A stretch of 46,182 nt of DNA from a virus (taxonomy: Duplodnaviria > Caudoviricetes): positions 1 to 46,182 of IMG/VR virus record IMGVR_UViG_3300049000_000041; one strand, 5' to 3'. The notes beneath the pieces are model-generated. The model did not search any database. It was not told the DNA's origin and was given only the letters and a program-made list of their open reading frames with translations. This document shows positions 17,092 to 27,107 of this stretch, piece by piece. Each line of letters opens with the position of its first letter. The stretch's first letter is position 1. Both the position numbers and the translations under genes were made by a program.

Positions 17092-18725
17092 TGATTCTCG
17101 ATTCAGCCGGCAAGCCACTGACCGCGCAGACGGCGAACCGCCGCGCCGGCGCCTCGCTGGATAACACCGGCTTCGGCTCCTTCCCGTATGACGCGGCGCA
17201 GTGGTCATCGCAGGAAATGGGCGACTGGCTGCCGTCGATCCGTTCGCCGGATTCGGAAATCAACCAGTTCCGCGACCGGATGGTGGCGCGCTCGCGCGAC
17301 CTGGTGCGCAACGATGGGTGGGCCGCCGGTGGCATCACCCGCATCCTGGATAACACGGTTGGCGCATCGATGCGCCTGTCGGCCAGCCCGGACTACCGCG
17401 CGCTCGCGGCCATGACCGGTATTAAGGGTTTTAATTCGGAGTGGGCGGAGGAGTTCCGCCGCACCGCTGAATCGCTTTGGCGCGGATTTGCGGACGACGT
17501 CGGCCGGTATAACGACGTGTCGCGACAGTTGACGGTGTCGCAGCAGATGCGCCTGGCGCTGCGCCACAAGTTGGTCGACGGCGATTCGCTCATGGTCGCG
17601 CACTGGCTGCCCGAACGGGTCGGCCGCGGTCGCGCGCGGTACGCCACGTCGTTTCTCGTCGTGGATCCGGATCGGTTGTCGAATCCCTTCCAGATGATGG
17701 ACTCGAAGCACATGCGCAACGGCGTCGAGATCGACGATCACGGTGTGCCGATGGCCTATCACATCCGCAAAGCAGAGCAAAACGACTGGTACAACGCCAT
17801 CGAGGCGATGCACTGGGAGCGGGTGGAGCGCGAGGATGGGGACGGCTGGCTGCGCGTGATCCATGATTTCGAGCGGGATCGGGCGGGCCAGAACCGCGGC
17901 GTGGGGATTTTTACGCCAGTCCTGGCGCGTTTCAAGATGCTGGCGCGGTATTACGGCGTCGAGTTGCAAGCGGCGACCATCGCGGCCACGTTCGGCACCT
18001 ACGTGACCAGCCCATACGACCCGGCGATTGTGCAGGACGCGCTCGATGGCGACTCGGAATTGAGCAACTATCAGCAGCTGCGCACCGACTGGTCAAAAGA
18101 CCGGCCGGCGATGTTGTCCGGCGCGCGCGTGCCGACGCTGGCGCCTGGCGAGGCCATCACGTCGGTAGGCGCTGAGCACCCGCACAGCGGGTTTTCTGAC
18201 TTTGCGCACGAGATGCTGCGCACTTTTGCAGCATGCGCCGGTATCTCGGCCGAGCAGGTGACGCAGGACTGGTCCAAAACGAATTACTCCAGTGCTCGAG
18301 CAGCGCTGCTCGAATCGTGGAAGACGCTCACGCGCCGCAACACGGAATTCAAAATCGGCACTGCGACGCCGATGTACTCGAGCTGGCTGCATGAGGCCAT
18401 GGATGCAGGCGACTTGCCGCTGCCGGCCGGCGCGCCCGATTTCATCGAGTTCCGCACCGCATATTCGCGCTGCGACTGGCTCGGCGTCGCGCGCGGCTGG
18501 GTCGATCCGGTGAAAGAAAAGCAGGGCGCCATCCTGGGCATGGATGCAGGCCTGTCAACGCTGCAGCGCGAATGCGCCGAGCAGGGCCTGGATTACGAAG
18601 AAATTATCGAGCAGCGCGCGCGCGAGGTTGAACTGTTCAAAGAAAAGGGGCTGCCGCCCCCCACCTGGTACGGCAACGATGCCACGAACGCTGCACAACC
18701 CGAGGAGGAAGATCAAGCACGATGA
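17091..18725 (+). CDS. Portal protein, lambda family
   Basis: RSRDLVRND, GQNRG, NYSSAR, WVDPVKE. Confidence 0.96.
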   Translation: MILDSAGKPLTAQTANRRAGASLDNTGFGSFPYDAAQWSSQEMGDWLPSIRSPDSEINQFRDRMVARSRDLVRNDGWAAGGITRILDNTVGASMRLSASPDYRALAAMTGIKGFNSEWAEEFRRTAESLWRGFADDVGRYNDVSRQLTVSQQMRLALRHKLVDGDSLMVAHWLPERVGRGRARYATSFLVVDPDRLSNPFQMMDSKHMRNGVEIDDHGVPMAYHIRKAEQNDWYNAIEAMHWERVEREDGDGWLRVIHDFERDRAGQNRGVGIFTPVLARFKMLARYYGVELQAATIAATFGTYVTSPYDPAIVQDALDGDSELSNYQQLRTDWSKDRPAMLSGARVPTLAPGEAITSVGAEHPHSGFSDFAHEMLRTFAACAGISAEQVTQDWSKTNYSSARAALLESWKTLTRRNTEFKIGTATPMYSSWLHEAMDAGDLPLPAGAPDFIEFRTAYSRCDWLGVARGWVDPVKEKQGAILGMDAGLSTLQRECAEQGLDYEEIIEQRAREVELFKEKGLPPPTWYGNDATNAAQPEEEDQAR

Positions 18726-19600
18726 AAAACCTACCATTTCTAGCGCAGCGGCTGTTCAACACGCCGCTGGCTATCACTCCAGGCAAGGCCGAAATGGTCA
18801 TGGCGGCGCTGGCTGACCGCTTCGGCATCGGTACGATGTTCCGCGCCAATGGTTCGGTCGTGCCGATGGCGTACGACGAGCACGAATTCGATGGGGATTT
18901 TAGCGGACCAAAAGACTCGGCACGTGGATACGAGATCGTCGCCGGCATTGCGGTGATCCCGGTGCAGGGCACGCTGGTGCAGAAGCTCGGCACGATGCGT
19001 CCGTACAGCGGGATGACTGGGTACGACGGGATCCGGGCGAATCTCAGCATGGCCCTTGAGGACAAGGCCGTGAAGGCCATCGTTCTCGATATCGACAGCC
19101 CTGGCGGCGAGGTATCCGGCTGTTTCGACCTGACCGACGCCATCCAGCGCGCCCGCGGCGACAAGCCAATGTGGTCGATCCTCACCGAGTCCGCGTATTC
19201 GGCGGCGTACGCCATCGCCAGCGCAACGGACAAGATCGTCGTGCCGCGCACCGGCGGTACCGGAAGCGTCGGCGTGATCTGCATGCATGTCGATTTCTCG
19301 AAAGCCCTGACGGCCGCCGGCGTCGCTGTGACGATGATCCACTACGGTGACCGCAAGGCTGATGGCCACAGCGAGATCCCTTTGACAAAAGAAGCGCTGG
19401 CGCGCTTCCAGGCCGATACCGACGAAATGGGCGAACTGTTCGTCGACACGGTGGCGCGCAACCGGCGCCTGAAGGCATCCGTCGTGCGCGGTACCCAGGC
19501 CACAACCTATCTTGGCGCCAATGGCGTCGAAATTGGCTTCGCTGACGCCGTCATGGCGCCGGACGAGGCTTTCCGTTCCCTGCTCGCTGAGCTGGGCTAG
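18722..19600 (+). CDS. S49-family prohead protease
   Basis: LDIDSPGG, AYSAAYAIAS, GSVGV. Confidence 0.95.
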   Translation: MKNLPFLAQRLFNTPLAITPGKAEMVMAALADRFGIGTMFRANGSVVPMAYDEHEFDGDFSGPKDSARGYEIVAGIAVIPVQGTLVQKLGTMRPYSGMTGYDGIRANLSMALEDKAVKAIVLDIDSPGGEVSGCFDLTDAIQRARGDKPMWSILTESAYSAAYAIASATDKIVVPRTGGTGSVGVICMHVDFSKALTAAGVAVTMIHYGDRKADGHSEIPLTKEALARFQADTDEMGELFVDTVARNRRLKASVVRGTQATTYLGANGVEIGFADAVMAPDEAFRSLLAELG

Positions 19601-19623
19601 TAGTCACTTCCACAAGGACCACC

Positions 19624-20271
19624 ATGACTTTACGCAACAAAGTGGCGAGCGCCCTGAGCTTCGCCCATCTGGCGGGCCTCGGCTCGCGCGCCCGCGCCGA
19701 GGACGATAAGCCAGCCGATAAAGAGGACGAAAAGTCCAAGAAATCCAAGCGCGCCGACGACGAGAACCCGGACAAAAAAGACCAGGACCACGAAGACGGC
19801 GACGCAAAGGGCAGCCGCGCCGAGGACGATGATGACGACGCCCTCGCGGAAGACGAAGATTCGGATAAGGACGACGACGCCGAGGACGACGAAGACGACA
19901 AAAAGGCGAAAAAAGCCAAGGCAAAGGCCGACGACGATGACGACGACAGTGAAATGCGTGGCAATAGCGCTGCAGCTGCCGCGCGCCGACGTGAGCGCGC
20001 CCGCTGCGCATCGATTTTTGCGTCGAAGTTTGCCGCCAAAAATCCGGCTCTGGCCGCCAACCTGGCGTTCAACACATCGATGACCCGCAAGGAAGCGCTG
20101 GTCGTGCTGGAAAACACACCGAGCGCATCGTCCGGCTATCCGGATCGCCAGGCGCGCAACCCGAACCTGGGAGCCGGCGGTGCATCGCAGCCGAATTTGA
20201 AACAAGCCACGACGTCCAGCTGGGACCGCGCCTTCGCCAAAGCCAATCCGCGTCGCGGCCAATCGAAATAA
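19624..20271 (+). CDS. Putative scaffolding protein (acidic, low complexity)
   Basis: Asp/Glu/Lys-rich tract and ERARCASI motif; between protease and decoration genes. Confidence 0.65.
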   Translation: MTLRNKVASALSFAHLAGLGSRARAEDDKPADKEDEKSKKSKRADDENPDKKDQDHEDGDAKGSRAEDDDDDALAEDEDSDKDDDAEDDEDDKKAKKAKAKADDDDDDSEMRGNSAAAAARRRERARCASIFASKFAAKNPALAANLAFNTSMTRKEALVVLENTPSASSGYPDRQARNPNLGAGGASQPNLKQATTSSWDRAFAKANPRRGQSK

Positions 20272-20296
20272 TCACATTCAAGAGGAATGAACCATC

Positions 20297-20677
20297 ATGG
20301 GTAATCCAACTGTTACGCCACTGCAGGAGCAGCTTCATGACGGCGGCTTCGTCGTCAGCGAAGGCAATGGCCACATCTCGCGCGACACCGTGACCGTCAG
20401 CGGCGCGGCCAAGGTGCTGGCCGGCACCGTGCTCGGCAAGATCACCACCACCGGCAAGTTCGTCATTTTGGCGCCGGCTGCCACCGATGGTTCGCAAATT
20501 GCCGCCGGCATCCTGTGGGGCGGCCGCGACGCTACTCTCGCCGACAGACAGGGTGTGATCATGGCGCGCCAATGTGAGGTCAACGCCTCGGAACTGATCT
20601 GGCCGCCCGGCATCACCGGTCCGCAAACCATTACCGCGACGACCCAGCTGGCCGCCCAGACGGTCATCCTGCGCTAA
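20297..20677 (+). CDS. Head decoration protein
   Basis: SEGNGHISRD, GTVLG, DGSQ.AAGIL; gene position. Confidence 0.9.
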   Translation: MGNPTVTPLQEQLHDGGFVVSEGNGHISRDTVTVSGAAKVLAGTVLGKITTTGKFVILAPAATDGSQIAAGILWGGRDATLADRQGVIMARQCEVNASELIWPPGITGPQTITATTQLAAQTVILR

Positions 20678-20697
20678 TCAACCAGTATTCCAATCAT

Positions 20698-20720
20698 GCC
20701 GCCTCCGGGCGGTTTTTTTT
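20698..20720 (+). terminator. Terminator-like hairpin between decoration and capsid genes
   Basis: GCCGCC-TCCG-GGCGGT followed by a T run. Confidence 0.65.
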
Positions 20721-20737
20721 CGCCTGAAGGAAAAGTA

Positions 20738-21781
20738 ATGGCTGACATTCTCAATATTTTTGCGCAAGACCCGTTCTCCGCGATCGCACTGACCGATGCG
20801 GTCCAGCGCAACCCGTTTCAGCCTGTTGGTTTGGGCGAGATGAACATCTTCGATCCTAACCCGATCCGCACCAAGGCCCTGGCTGTCGAAGAGCGCGTCG
20901 GTCAACTGGCGCTGATCCCGTACTCGCAGCGCGGCGCCGAAGGCACCCAACGCACGACCGAGAAACGCAAAATGCGCTACTTCGAAGTGCCACGCCTGAT
21001 GCATGACGACACGGTGTATGCCGAAGAAGTGCAGGGCATCCGCGAATTCGGCCAGGAATCGGTGCTCATGCAGGTCGAAACCGAAGTCGCGCGACGGCTG
21101 AGCGGCCCGACTGGCCTGTTGGCCAGTGTCGAGTACACGAAAGAGTACCTGCGCCTGGCCGCGGTGCAAGGCATGGTGCTCGATCCGAAAGACGGGTCGG
21201 TGATGTACAACTGGTTCGACGAATTCGGGATCACGCAGGCGACCGAAATCGCCTTTAACCTGGCCGCCGGCACCTTGAATTCGCTGCGTCCTTTGTGCAA
21301 CCAGCTGACGCGCACCATGGCGCGCAAATCGCAGGGCGCCTTCACGCCGACGACCAAAGTGATCGCCCTGTGCGGCGATTCGTTCTACGACCTGTTCGTC
21401 AACCACCCGGACGTGATCAGGACGTTCACCAACTGGGCTGCCGCTGCCGATCTGCGTGATAACACGCAGGGCGCCGCGTTCAAATCGTTCGAGTTCGCCG
21501 GCATTAGCTGGGTCAACTATCGCGGCTCGGATGACAACAGCACCGTCAAGATTGCTGACGACAAGGTGAAGTTCTTCCCAGAAGGCGCTCCTGGCATCTT
21601 CCGCGAGGCAAACGCACCTGGCGAAACGGTCGACTGGGTCAATACCCCCGGCAAGCCCGTCTACGTCCTGCCGATCTTCGATACCCAGCGCCGCATGTGG
21701 TGGAAGATGGAAGCTTATTCCTATCCACTGTTCATCTGCACCCGTCCCGATGTGCTGTTGAGCGGTCGCGCTGGCGGCTGA
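20738..21781 (+). CDS. Major capsid protein (lambda E-like)
   Basis: 347 aa from ATG 20738 (AAGGA RBS); T.EY.R..A.QG, N.FDEFG, PL.ICTRP. Confidence 0.93.
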   Translation: MADILNIFAQDPFSAIALTDAVQRNPFQPVGLGEMNIFDPNPIRTKALAVEERVGQLALIPYSQRGAEGTQRTTEKRKMRYFEVPRLMHDDTVYAEEVQGIREFGQESVLMQVETEVARRLSGPTGLLASVEYTKEYLRLAAVQGMVLDPKDGSVMYNWFDEFGITQATEIAFNLAAGTLNSLRPLCNQLTRTMARKSQGAFTPTTKVIALCGDSFYDLFVNHPDVIRTFTNWAAAADLRDNTQGAAFKSFEFAGISWVNYRGSDDNSTVKIADDKVKFFPEGAPGIFREANAPGETVDWVNTPGKPVYVLPIFDTQRRMWWKMEAYSYPLFICTRPDVLLSGRAGG

Positions 21782-21784
21782 TCC

Positions 21785-22102
21785 ATGATCGACTGGGACA
21801 AGGCCGTCGTTGGCCCGCTGACCGGTGTGTTCGGTGAGCCGGTGCGGTACCTGCCGGCGACGACAGCGCCGTTCTCCATTACCGGCATCTACGACGAGGC
21901 ATATGTCGAGGTCGATCCGGCCAGCGGGATGGGGGTGACGAGCGCGAAGCCAGTCCTTGGCGTCCAGCTGTCTCAGTTCCCGGTACCGCCCGAGCAGGGC
22001 GACCGCCTGGTGATCATCCGCACCGGTGAACCGTTTTATGTCAAAGAGGTCCGCCCCGATAGCCACGGGGCCGCCAAATTGATGCTCAACCTGGATACCT
22101 GA
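21785..22102 (+). CDS. Head-tail joining protein (FII-like)
   Basis: Size and position; FGEPV.Y and P.QGD motifs. Confidence 0.75.
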   Translation: MIDWDKAVVGPLTGVFGEPVRYLPATTAPFSITGIYDEAYVEVDPASGMGVTSAKPVLGVQLSQFPVPPEQGDRLVIIRTGEPFYVKEVRPDSHGAAKLMLNLDT

Positions 22103-22734
22103 TGGCCGACCTTCCAATGACTGCGCGTCGCCAGGTACGCCTGGCCGTGCTGGCCGCGCTGCAGGGTGCCAGGCTCGGTTGCACGATTGACTCTCCAGGC
22201 GACTGGAACACGCCGTCGACGAAGCTGCCTTCGATCCTGCTGCGCTGTGTCGGTGATCGCAAGGCCGGCACCACCGCCGGCCAGATCACGTTCACGACCA
22301 CCGTGCTGCTGGAAATCGAAGCGAGGCTGGAAGCGAATAGCGCCGAGGTGGCGCAGGACGACCTAGAGGCGCTGTCGTATGCCATCGAATGCGCAGTTGT
22401 CACGAATTACGAGGTCGACCGGATCGTCCAGAAATGGGTGGCCATCGACTCCGTACCGGAGATCACGGCCGAGGGCAAGCGCCACGTAGGCGGCGTGATG
22501 ATGTCGTTCACGCTGGAGGTTTTCGAGGCGTTCGATCCGGTCTACCAGTCGCCTGTCCAGCCGGGCGTCTCGGCCCTGCTGGAAATGGGCATCCACAACG
22601 ACATGCTCGGCACCTTCGATCCGACCGGGACCTACCAGTCCGACGTATTCCCTCTGGCGGCCACGCCGGCGCCGCGCTCTGCCGGCCCGGATGGCCGAGA
22701 TGAGGGCGCGCTCGACATCGTTTTGACTCAATAA
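22102..22734 (+). CDS. Tail terminator/completion protein
   Basis: Position before DUF2635 and sheath; coupled start. Confidence 0.6.
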   Translation: MADLPMTARRQVRLAVLAALQGARLGCTIDSPGDWNTPSTKLPSILLRCVGDRKAGTTAGQITFTTTVLLEIEARLEANSAEVAQDDLEALSYAIECAVVTNYEVDRIVQKWVAIDSVPEITAEGKRHVGGVMMSFTLEVFEAFDPVYQSPVQPGVSALLEMGIHNDMLGTFDPTGTYQSDVFPLAATPAPRSAGPDGRDEGALDIVLTQ

Positions 22735-22746
22735 GGAATTTCAATC

Positions 22747-22932
22747 ATGTACGTCAAGCCAGCGCCCGGGTTCACGATCCGGGACCCCGATTTGTTCGAT
22801 TTCTTGCCCGCCGATGGGCGCGATGTCCCCGAAACCGACTACTGGAACCGGCGCCTGCGCGACGGCGACGTGGTTGCCGCAGCAGCACCCGCCCCAACCG
22901 CCGAAGGTTTAGACGATGAACGTACCATTTAA
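22747..22932 (+). CDS. DUF2635 (Mu gp38-like) protein
   Basis: VKPAPG..IRDP..LP.DG..V...YW.RRL.DGDV. Confidence 0.9.
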   Translation: MYVKPAPGFTIRDPDLFDFLPADGRDVPETDYWNRRLRDGDVVAAAAPAPTAEGLDDERTI

Positions 22933-24406
22933 ACAAGTCCCGGCGAACATCCGGGTACCACTGTTCTATGCCGAGGTGGATAACTCCCAGGCGAACACGG
23001 CCACGCTGAACCAGCGGGCCTTGATTATCGGCCAGGTCACGGCCGCCGCGGTTGCCGCCGGTACAGTCCCCAACGTGCCGGTAATTTCGGCAGGTGTCAG
23101 CGACGCCCTGGCGGTCGGCGGCGCTGGCTCGATGCTGCACCTGATGACGCAGGCGTACCGGAACAACGACACGTTCGGTGAGGTCTGGTATCTGCCGCTG
23201 GCCGACGCCGTCGGCGCGACAGCCGCAACCGGGACCGTGGGAATCACATCAGCGGCAACCGCCAACGGCACACTCACGCTGTACATCGGCGGCGTCGCCA
23301 TTGCGCAACCCGTGTTGTCGAGCCAGACCGCGGCCCAAATTGCCACCGCCCTGGCCGCGACGATCAATGCAACACCCAACTTGCCAGTCACGGCGACGGC
23401 AGCGACGTCGACGGTCACGCTGACCGCGATCAACAAGGGCCCGGCTGGCAACGATATCGACCTGCGCCTGAATTACCAGGGCCAGCGTGGCGGTGAAGTG
23501 CTGCCGGCCGGCCTGGTTGTCGCGATCACCGCCATGGCGGCGGGTGCGACGGCGCCAACGCTGACCACCGCGCTGGGCAACCTGTCGAGCTTGCCGTTCG
23601 ACTTCATCGTGTCGCCCTACACGGACACGACCAGCCTGGATGCGCTCAAGGCGCTGCTGAACGACACCACCGGCCGCTGGTCGTGGAGCGTGCAGATTTA
23701 TGGCCACGTTTTCGCCGCATACCGTGGCACGCTCGGTGCGCAGACGACATTCGGTGTTGCCCGCAACGATCAGCATGCATCGATCATGGGCTACAACGAT
23801 TCGCCGACGCCGAGCTGGATCTGGGCCGCGTCGCTGGCCGGCGCCGCCGCGGTCAGCCTGCGCGCCGACCCAGCCACGCCATTGCAGACTATCGCGCTGC
23901 AGGGAGTGCTGGCGCCGCCGCTGCAATCACGATTCCTGCTGACGGACCGAAACACGATGCTGTACGACGGCATGAGCACCTTCATGGTGGGCGACGATGG
24001 CACCGTCTACGTCGAAAACGTGATCACGACGTACCAGAAGAACGCTTTCGGCGCGCCGGACAACAGCTATTTGCAGATCGAAACCATGTTCACGCTGGCC
24101 TACGTGCTGCGCGCGCTGAAAACGGTCGTCACCAGCAAATACGCCCGGGTGAAGCTGGCCGCCAATGGCACGCGCTTCAATGCCGGCTCGAACGTCGTCA
24201 CGCCGAACGTGATTCGCGCCGACCTGATCGCGCAATACCGTCTGCTCGAGGCGCAAGGACTGGTGCAGAACGGCGACGCTTTCAAGGCCGCGCTGATCGT
24301 GCAGCAGAGCACAAGCAATCCGAACCGGGTGGATGTTCTGTATCCGAGCACGCTGATTAACCAGTTGCGCGTGTTCGCGCTGCTGGCCCAGTTCCGCCTG
24401 CAATAA
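22916..24406 (+). CDS. Contractile tail sheath (Mu gpL-like)
   Basis: IRVPLFYAEVDNSQAN, ITTYQKN..G, NPNRVDVL, LINQLRVFA. Confidence 0.96.
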   Translation: MNVPFKQVPANIRVPLFYAEVDNSQANTATLNQRALIIGQVTAAAVAAGTVPNVPVISAGVSDALAVGGAGSMLHLMTQAYRNNDTFGEVWYLPLADAVGATAATGTVGITSAATANGTLTLYIGGVAIAQPVLSSQTAAQIATALAATINATPNLPVTATAATSTVTLTAINKGPAGNDIDLRLNYQGQRGGEVLPAGLVVAITAMAAGATAPTLTTALGNLSSLPFDFIVSPYTDTTSLDALKALLNDTTGRWSWSVQIYGHVFAAYRGTLGAQTTFGVARNDQHASIMGYNDSPTPSWIWAASLAGAAAVSLRADPATPLQTIALQGVLAPPLQSRFLLTDRNTMLYDGMSTFMVGDDGTVYVENVITTYQKNAFGAPDNSYLQIETMFTLAYVLRALKTVVTSKYARVKLAANGTRFNAGSNVVTPNVIRADLIAQYRLLEAQGLVQNGDAFKAALIVQQSTSNPNRVDVLYPSTLINQLRVFALLAQFRLQ

Positions 24407-24428
24407 CGTTTCGTTCAACCGGACCACG

Positions 24429-24453
24429 GCCGCCTTCGGGCGGCTCTTTTTTT
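24429..24453 (+). terminator. Terminator-like hairpin (UUCG loop)
   Basis: GCCGCC-TTCG-GGCGGC followed by TCTTTTTTT. Confidence 0.65.
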
Positions 24454-24464
24454 GAGGAGCCTTC

Positions 24465-24833
24465 ATGGCAGATACCACCAACCGTCTTGCCGGGGTCGCG
24501 TACCTCTCCGTCGACGGCCAGAGCTACATGGTCGCGGGGGAGATTTCCTACAGCGTGTCCCGAGTCAAGCGTGAAAGCCTATCGGGACCGAGTGGCGTAC
24601 AGGGTTATTCCGAGCAGCCCATCCCTGGCTCGATCTCGGGTTCCCTGCGTGATGCCGGCTCGCTCACCGTTGCCGACTTCAACGCGATGACGAACGTCAG
24701 CGTCACCGTCGAGCTGGCCAATGGCAAGACGATCATCGGCCGCAATATGTGGACCGTCGAATCCCAAGAAGTTAAATCTGGCGAGGCCACTTTCGATGTG
24801 AAGTTCGAAGGCTTTTCCGTGGAGGAAGCATAA
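24465..24833 (+). CDS. Tail tube protein (Mu gpM-like)
   Basis: RLAG.AY..VDG, ELANGK; follows the sheath. Confidence 0.92.
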   Translation: MADTTNRLAGVAYLSVDGQSYMVAGEISYSVSRVKRESLSGPSGVQGYSEQPIPGSISGSLRDAGSLTVADFNAMTNVSVTVELANGKTIIGRNMWTVESQEVKSGEATFDVKFEGFSVEEA

Positions 24834-25124
24834 ATGGAACAGCAAGAAGAAAAAACAGTCGTACTGCGTAAACCTATCGTTGTGGGCGACGTGACGTACG
24901 CAGAGTTGAATTTGCGCGAGGCGACTGCCGGTGAAATGTCGAAAGCGACGCGTTACGGCGGCAGCAATAACATCGACGTCGCTATCTCACTCATTTCCCA
25001 GCTCGCCCGTGTCCCGATGCTTGTCGCGCAAGGTCTATCCCAGCGCGACTTCCAGGAATGCAACGATTTTTTGGGCAGCTTCGACACTGGCCTGGAAACT
25101 GGCGAGATGTCGTCGCCGAGCTGA
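24834..25124 (+). CDS. Tail assembly chaperone (FluMu gp41/P2 gpE-like)
   Basis: L.KPI, L.LRE.TAG, L..RDF; between tube and tape measure genes. Confidence 0.85.
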   Translation: MEQQEEKTVVLRKPIVVGDVTYAELNLREATAGEMSKATRYGGSNNIDVAISLISQLARVPMLVAQGLSQRDFQECNDFLGSFDTGLETGEMSSPS

Positions 25125-25240
25125 CGCTATTCTTTCATTGGGGGCCACACGAAGCGTGGGGCCTGCCATGGCATGGCGAAGGCGGCCTGTGTTGGTGGCT
25201 TGATCAAGCAATAAGAATGAAAAAGGCAAGCGATGGCTAA
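25067..25240 (+). CDS. -1 frameshift extension of the tail chaperone (P2 gpE+E'-like)
   Basis: Slippery TTTTTTG at 25067-25073; the -1 frame reads FFG..VAELTLFFHWGP.EAW.L....L.WW..QA. Confidence 0.75.
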   Translation, partial: FFGQLRHWPGNWRDVVAELTLFFHWGPHEAWGLPWHGEGGLCWWLDQAIRMKKASDG

Positions 25241-27107
25241 CGAATTTAAGATTGTCATTTCGGCAGTCGACAAGGCCACCGCATCCGTGCGCCGAATCAA
25301 TGACAGCATTTCCCGCATCACCCGGCCGGTCGCTGACGTGCGCCGATCTGTGGCCGGCCTCGGTCGCGAGATGGGGTTGGGCAAGGTGGCTGCGTCTTTT
25401 GGCAAGGTATCCAAGTCGGCCGGGGCCGTTGCCAAAAGTGTTCGGTCAATCGCCGCGCCCATTGCTGCGGTTGCGGGTATCGGTTCGCTCGCGAGCATTG
25501 CAGCCCTTGCGACGGAATGGGGCAGGATGGGAATGGAGGTTTCAAATACCTCACGCAATCTCGGGATTGCGACGTCCGACCTGCAATCGCTGCGCGGCGC
25601 GGCACAGCTGGCCGGTGTTTCGTCAGAATCCCTCACCGGCGGCATGCTGTCGCTGGGTGACACGATCAACGACGCCAAATGGGGGCGTAACCAGGGTGTC
25701 GTGGCGTTGATGGCGCGGCTTGGTATGGGTTTCCATATGACGCAGGACGGCTCGGTCGATACCGTGCGTAGCCTGAAAGACCTCTCCGCCGCCATCGGGA
25801 AAATTAAAAGCGTCGAGACGCAGCACAACGTCGCACGGCAGTTCGGCGTTGAAGCGCTGCTCCCGCTTCTGCGCAAAGGCGCGAAAGAAATCGACGCCTA
25901 CCAGAAGAAAATCGCAGGCTTGGGCGGGGTGCAGTCGGCCGCTTCGATGGAGCGTGCAGCCCAGTTTGGCCTGCAGCTGAATTATCTGAAAGCGGCAACC
26001 GACGGTCTGAAGCTTTCGATCGGTGAGCAGCTGATGCCGATAATGCAGCCCCTGGTCGGAAAGCTGACGTCGTGGATTGCCGCCAATCGCGAACTGATCG
26101 CCACACGCGTGAGCGAATTTGTAAAAGGCTTCGCGGCCTGGCTCAGCAAGGTCAACTTCAACAATGTGCTCAAGGGCATCACGAATATCATCCGCACCAT
26201 CGGTCGCGTCGTCGACGCATTCGGTGGATGGAAAAATGTCATCCTCGCCGTCGTCGGACTGAAGATTCTGAGCGCTGTCGCGCCACTGATAATGCTGGCC
26301 GCGGCGCTGGCCAGCGTAGGCGTCTCTTTGGGCGCAATTGCGGCCGGTACCGGTGGCCTCGCAATACTGGCCGCAGTCGCCGCATACGCTGGATACAAAG
26401 GGGCTGAATACCTATTTGGCGACAAGCCAGCGGCCACGCGCGCACGCGGGCAGAGCCCGGCAGCACATTTGCGCACGAAGGCCGATCTGTACGCCGAGGC
26501 CAATCGCCAGCGTATCGACGCCGGCCTGTCACCGCTGGCGCCGCGCGGGCTGATGACTAAGGATGTATTGAAAGCTGAGGCGCGGCAGCAGTGGATCCAA
26601 ACGTTTGGCCTGCCACGCGGGTCAGGCGCAGCTCCGCTGGGAATCCGTAGCAATAACCCCCTGAACCTCATGCCTGGCGGGAAAGAGGCGGTTTTCCCAA
26701 CCGTTGAAACAGGGATTTCGGCCGCGCTGCAAAACCTGATGGGCAAGCGCTATTTCGGTGGCGGCAACGACACCGTCGCTGGCATCGTTAACACTTGGTC
26801 GCCGCCCAACGCTGCGGGAAACAATCCGGCAAAGAATGCCAACTATATCGCCGGCGTAGAGCGCGAGGTTGGCTCTGGGCACCTGGATGCAACTGACCCG
26901 CAGACCATGGCCAAGCTGCTCTCTGCAATGATTCGCCAAGAGAACGGGAGTGCGTACGACAAGCCGAAGATGGACGACGCCGTGCAGCGTGTCGTAGTGG
27001 AATTCAAGAACGCGCCTGCTGGCATGTCTGCATCGATCAGCGGTGGCTCCAGAACGCCGACATCGGTGCGCGTCGCCACCGCCATGCCATTGACGGGAAT
27101 GCCATGA
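25233..27107 (+). CDS. Tape measure protein with C-terminal lysozyme-like domain
   Basis: ISAVDKAT N-terminus; helical Ala/Gly-rich body; C-terminal GIRSNNPLNL..WSPP..YI..AMIRQENG. Confidence 0.88.
   Translation: MANEFKIVISAVDKATASVRRINDSISRITRPVADVRRSVAGLGREMGLGKVAASFGKVSKSAGAVAKSVRSIAAPIAAVAGIGSLASIAALATEWGRMGMEVSNTSRNLGIATSDLQSLRGAAQLAGVSSESLTGGMLSLGDTINDAKWGRNQGVVALMARLGMGFHMTQDGSVDTVRSLKDLSAAIGKIKSVETQHNVARQFGVEALLPLLRKGAKEIDAYQKKIAGLGGVQSAASMERAAQFGLQLNYLKAATDGLKLSIGEQLMPIMQPLVGKLTSWIAANRELIATRVSEFVKGFAAWLSKVNFNNVLKGITNIIRTIGRVVDAFGGWKNVILAVVGLKILSAVAPLIMLAAALASVGVSLGAIAAGTGGLAILAAVAAYAGYKGAEYLFGDKPAATRARGQSPAAHLRTKADLYAEANRQRIDAGLSPLAPRGLMTKDVLKAEARQQWIQTFGLPRGSGAAPLGIRSNNPLNLMPGGKEAVFPTVETGISAALQNLMGKRYFGGGNDTVAGIVNTWSPPNAAGNNPAKNANYIAGVEREVGSGHLDATDPQTMAKLLSAMIRQENGSAYDKPKMDDAVQRVVVEFKNAPAGMSASISGGSRTPTSVRVATAMPLTGMP

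Noticed and set aside
19690-19950. GACGAC/GAAGAC-rich tract as a DNA repeat array
   Set aside because: Explained by Asp/Glu codons in the scaffold-like protein
20678-22117. Long antisense ORFs (e.g. 479 aa here, 3833-4813, 33989-35143)
   Set aside because: Shadow ORFs of GC-rich genes with no protein motifs
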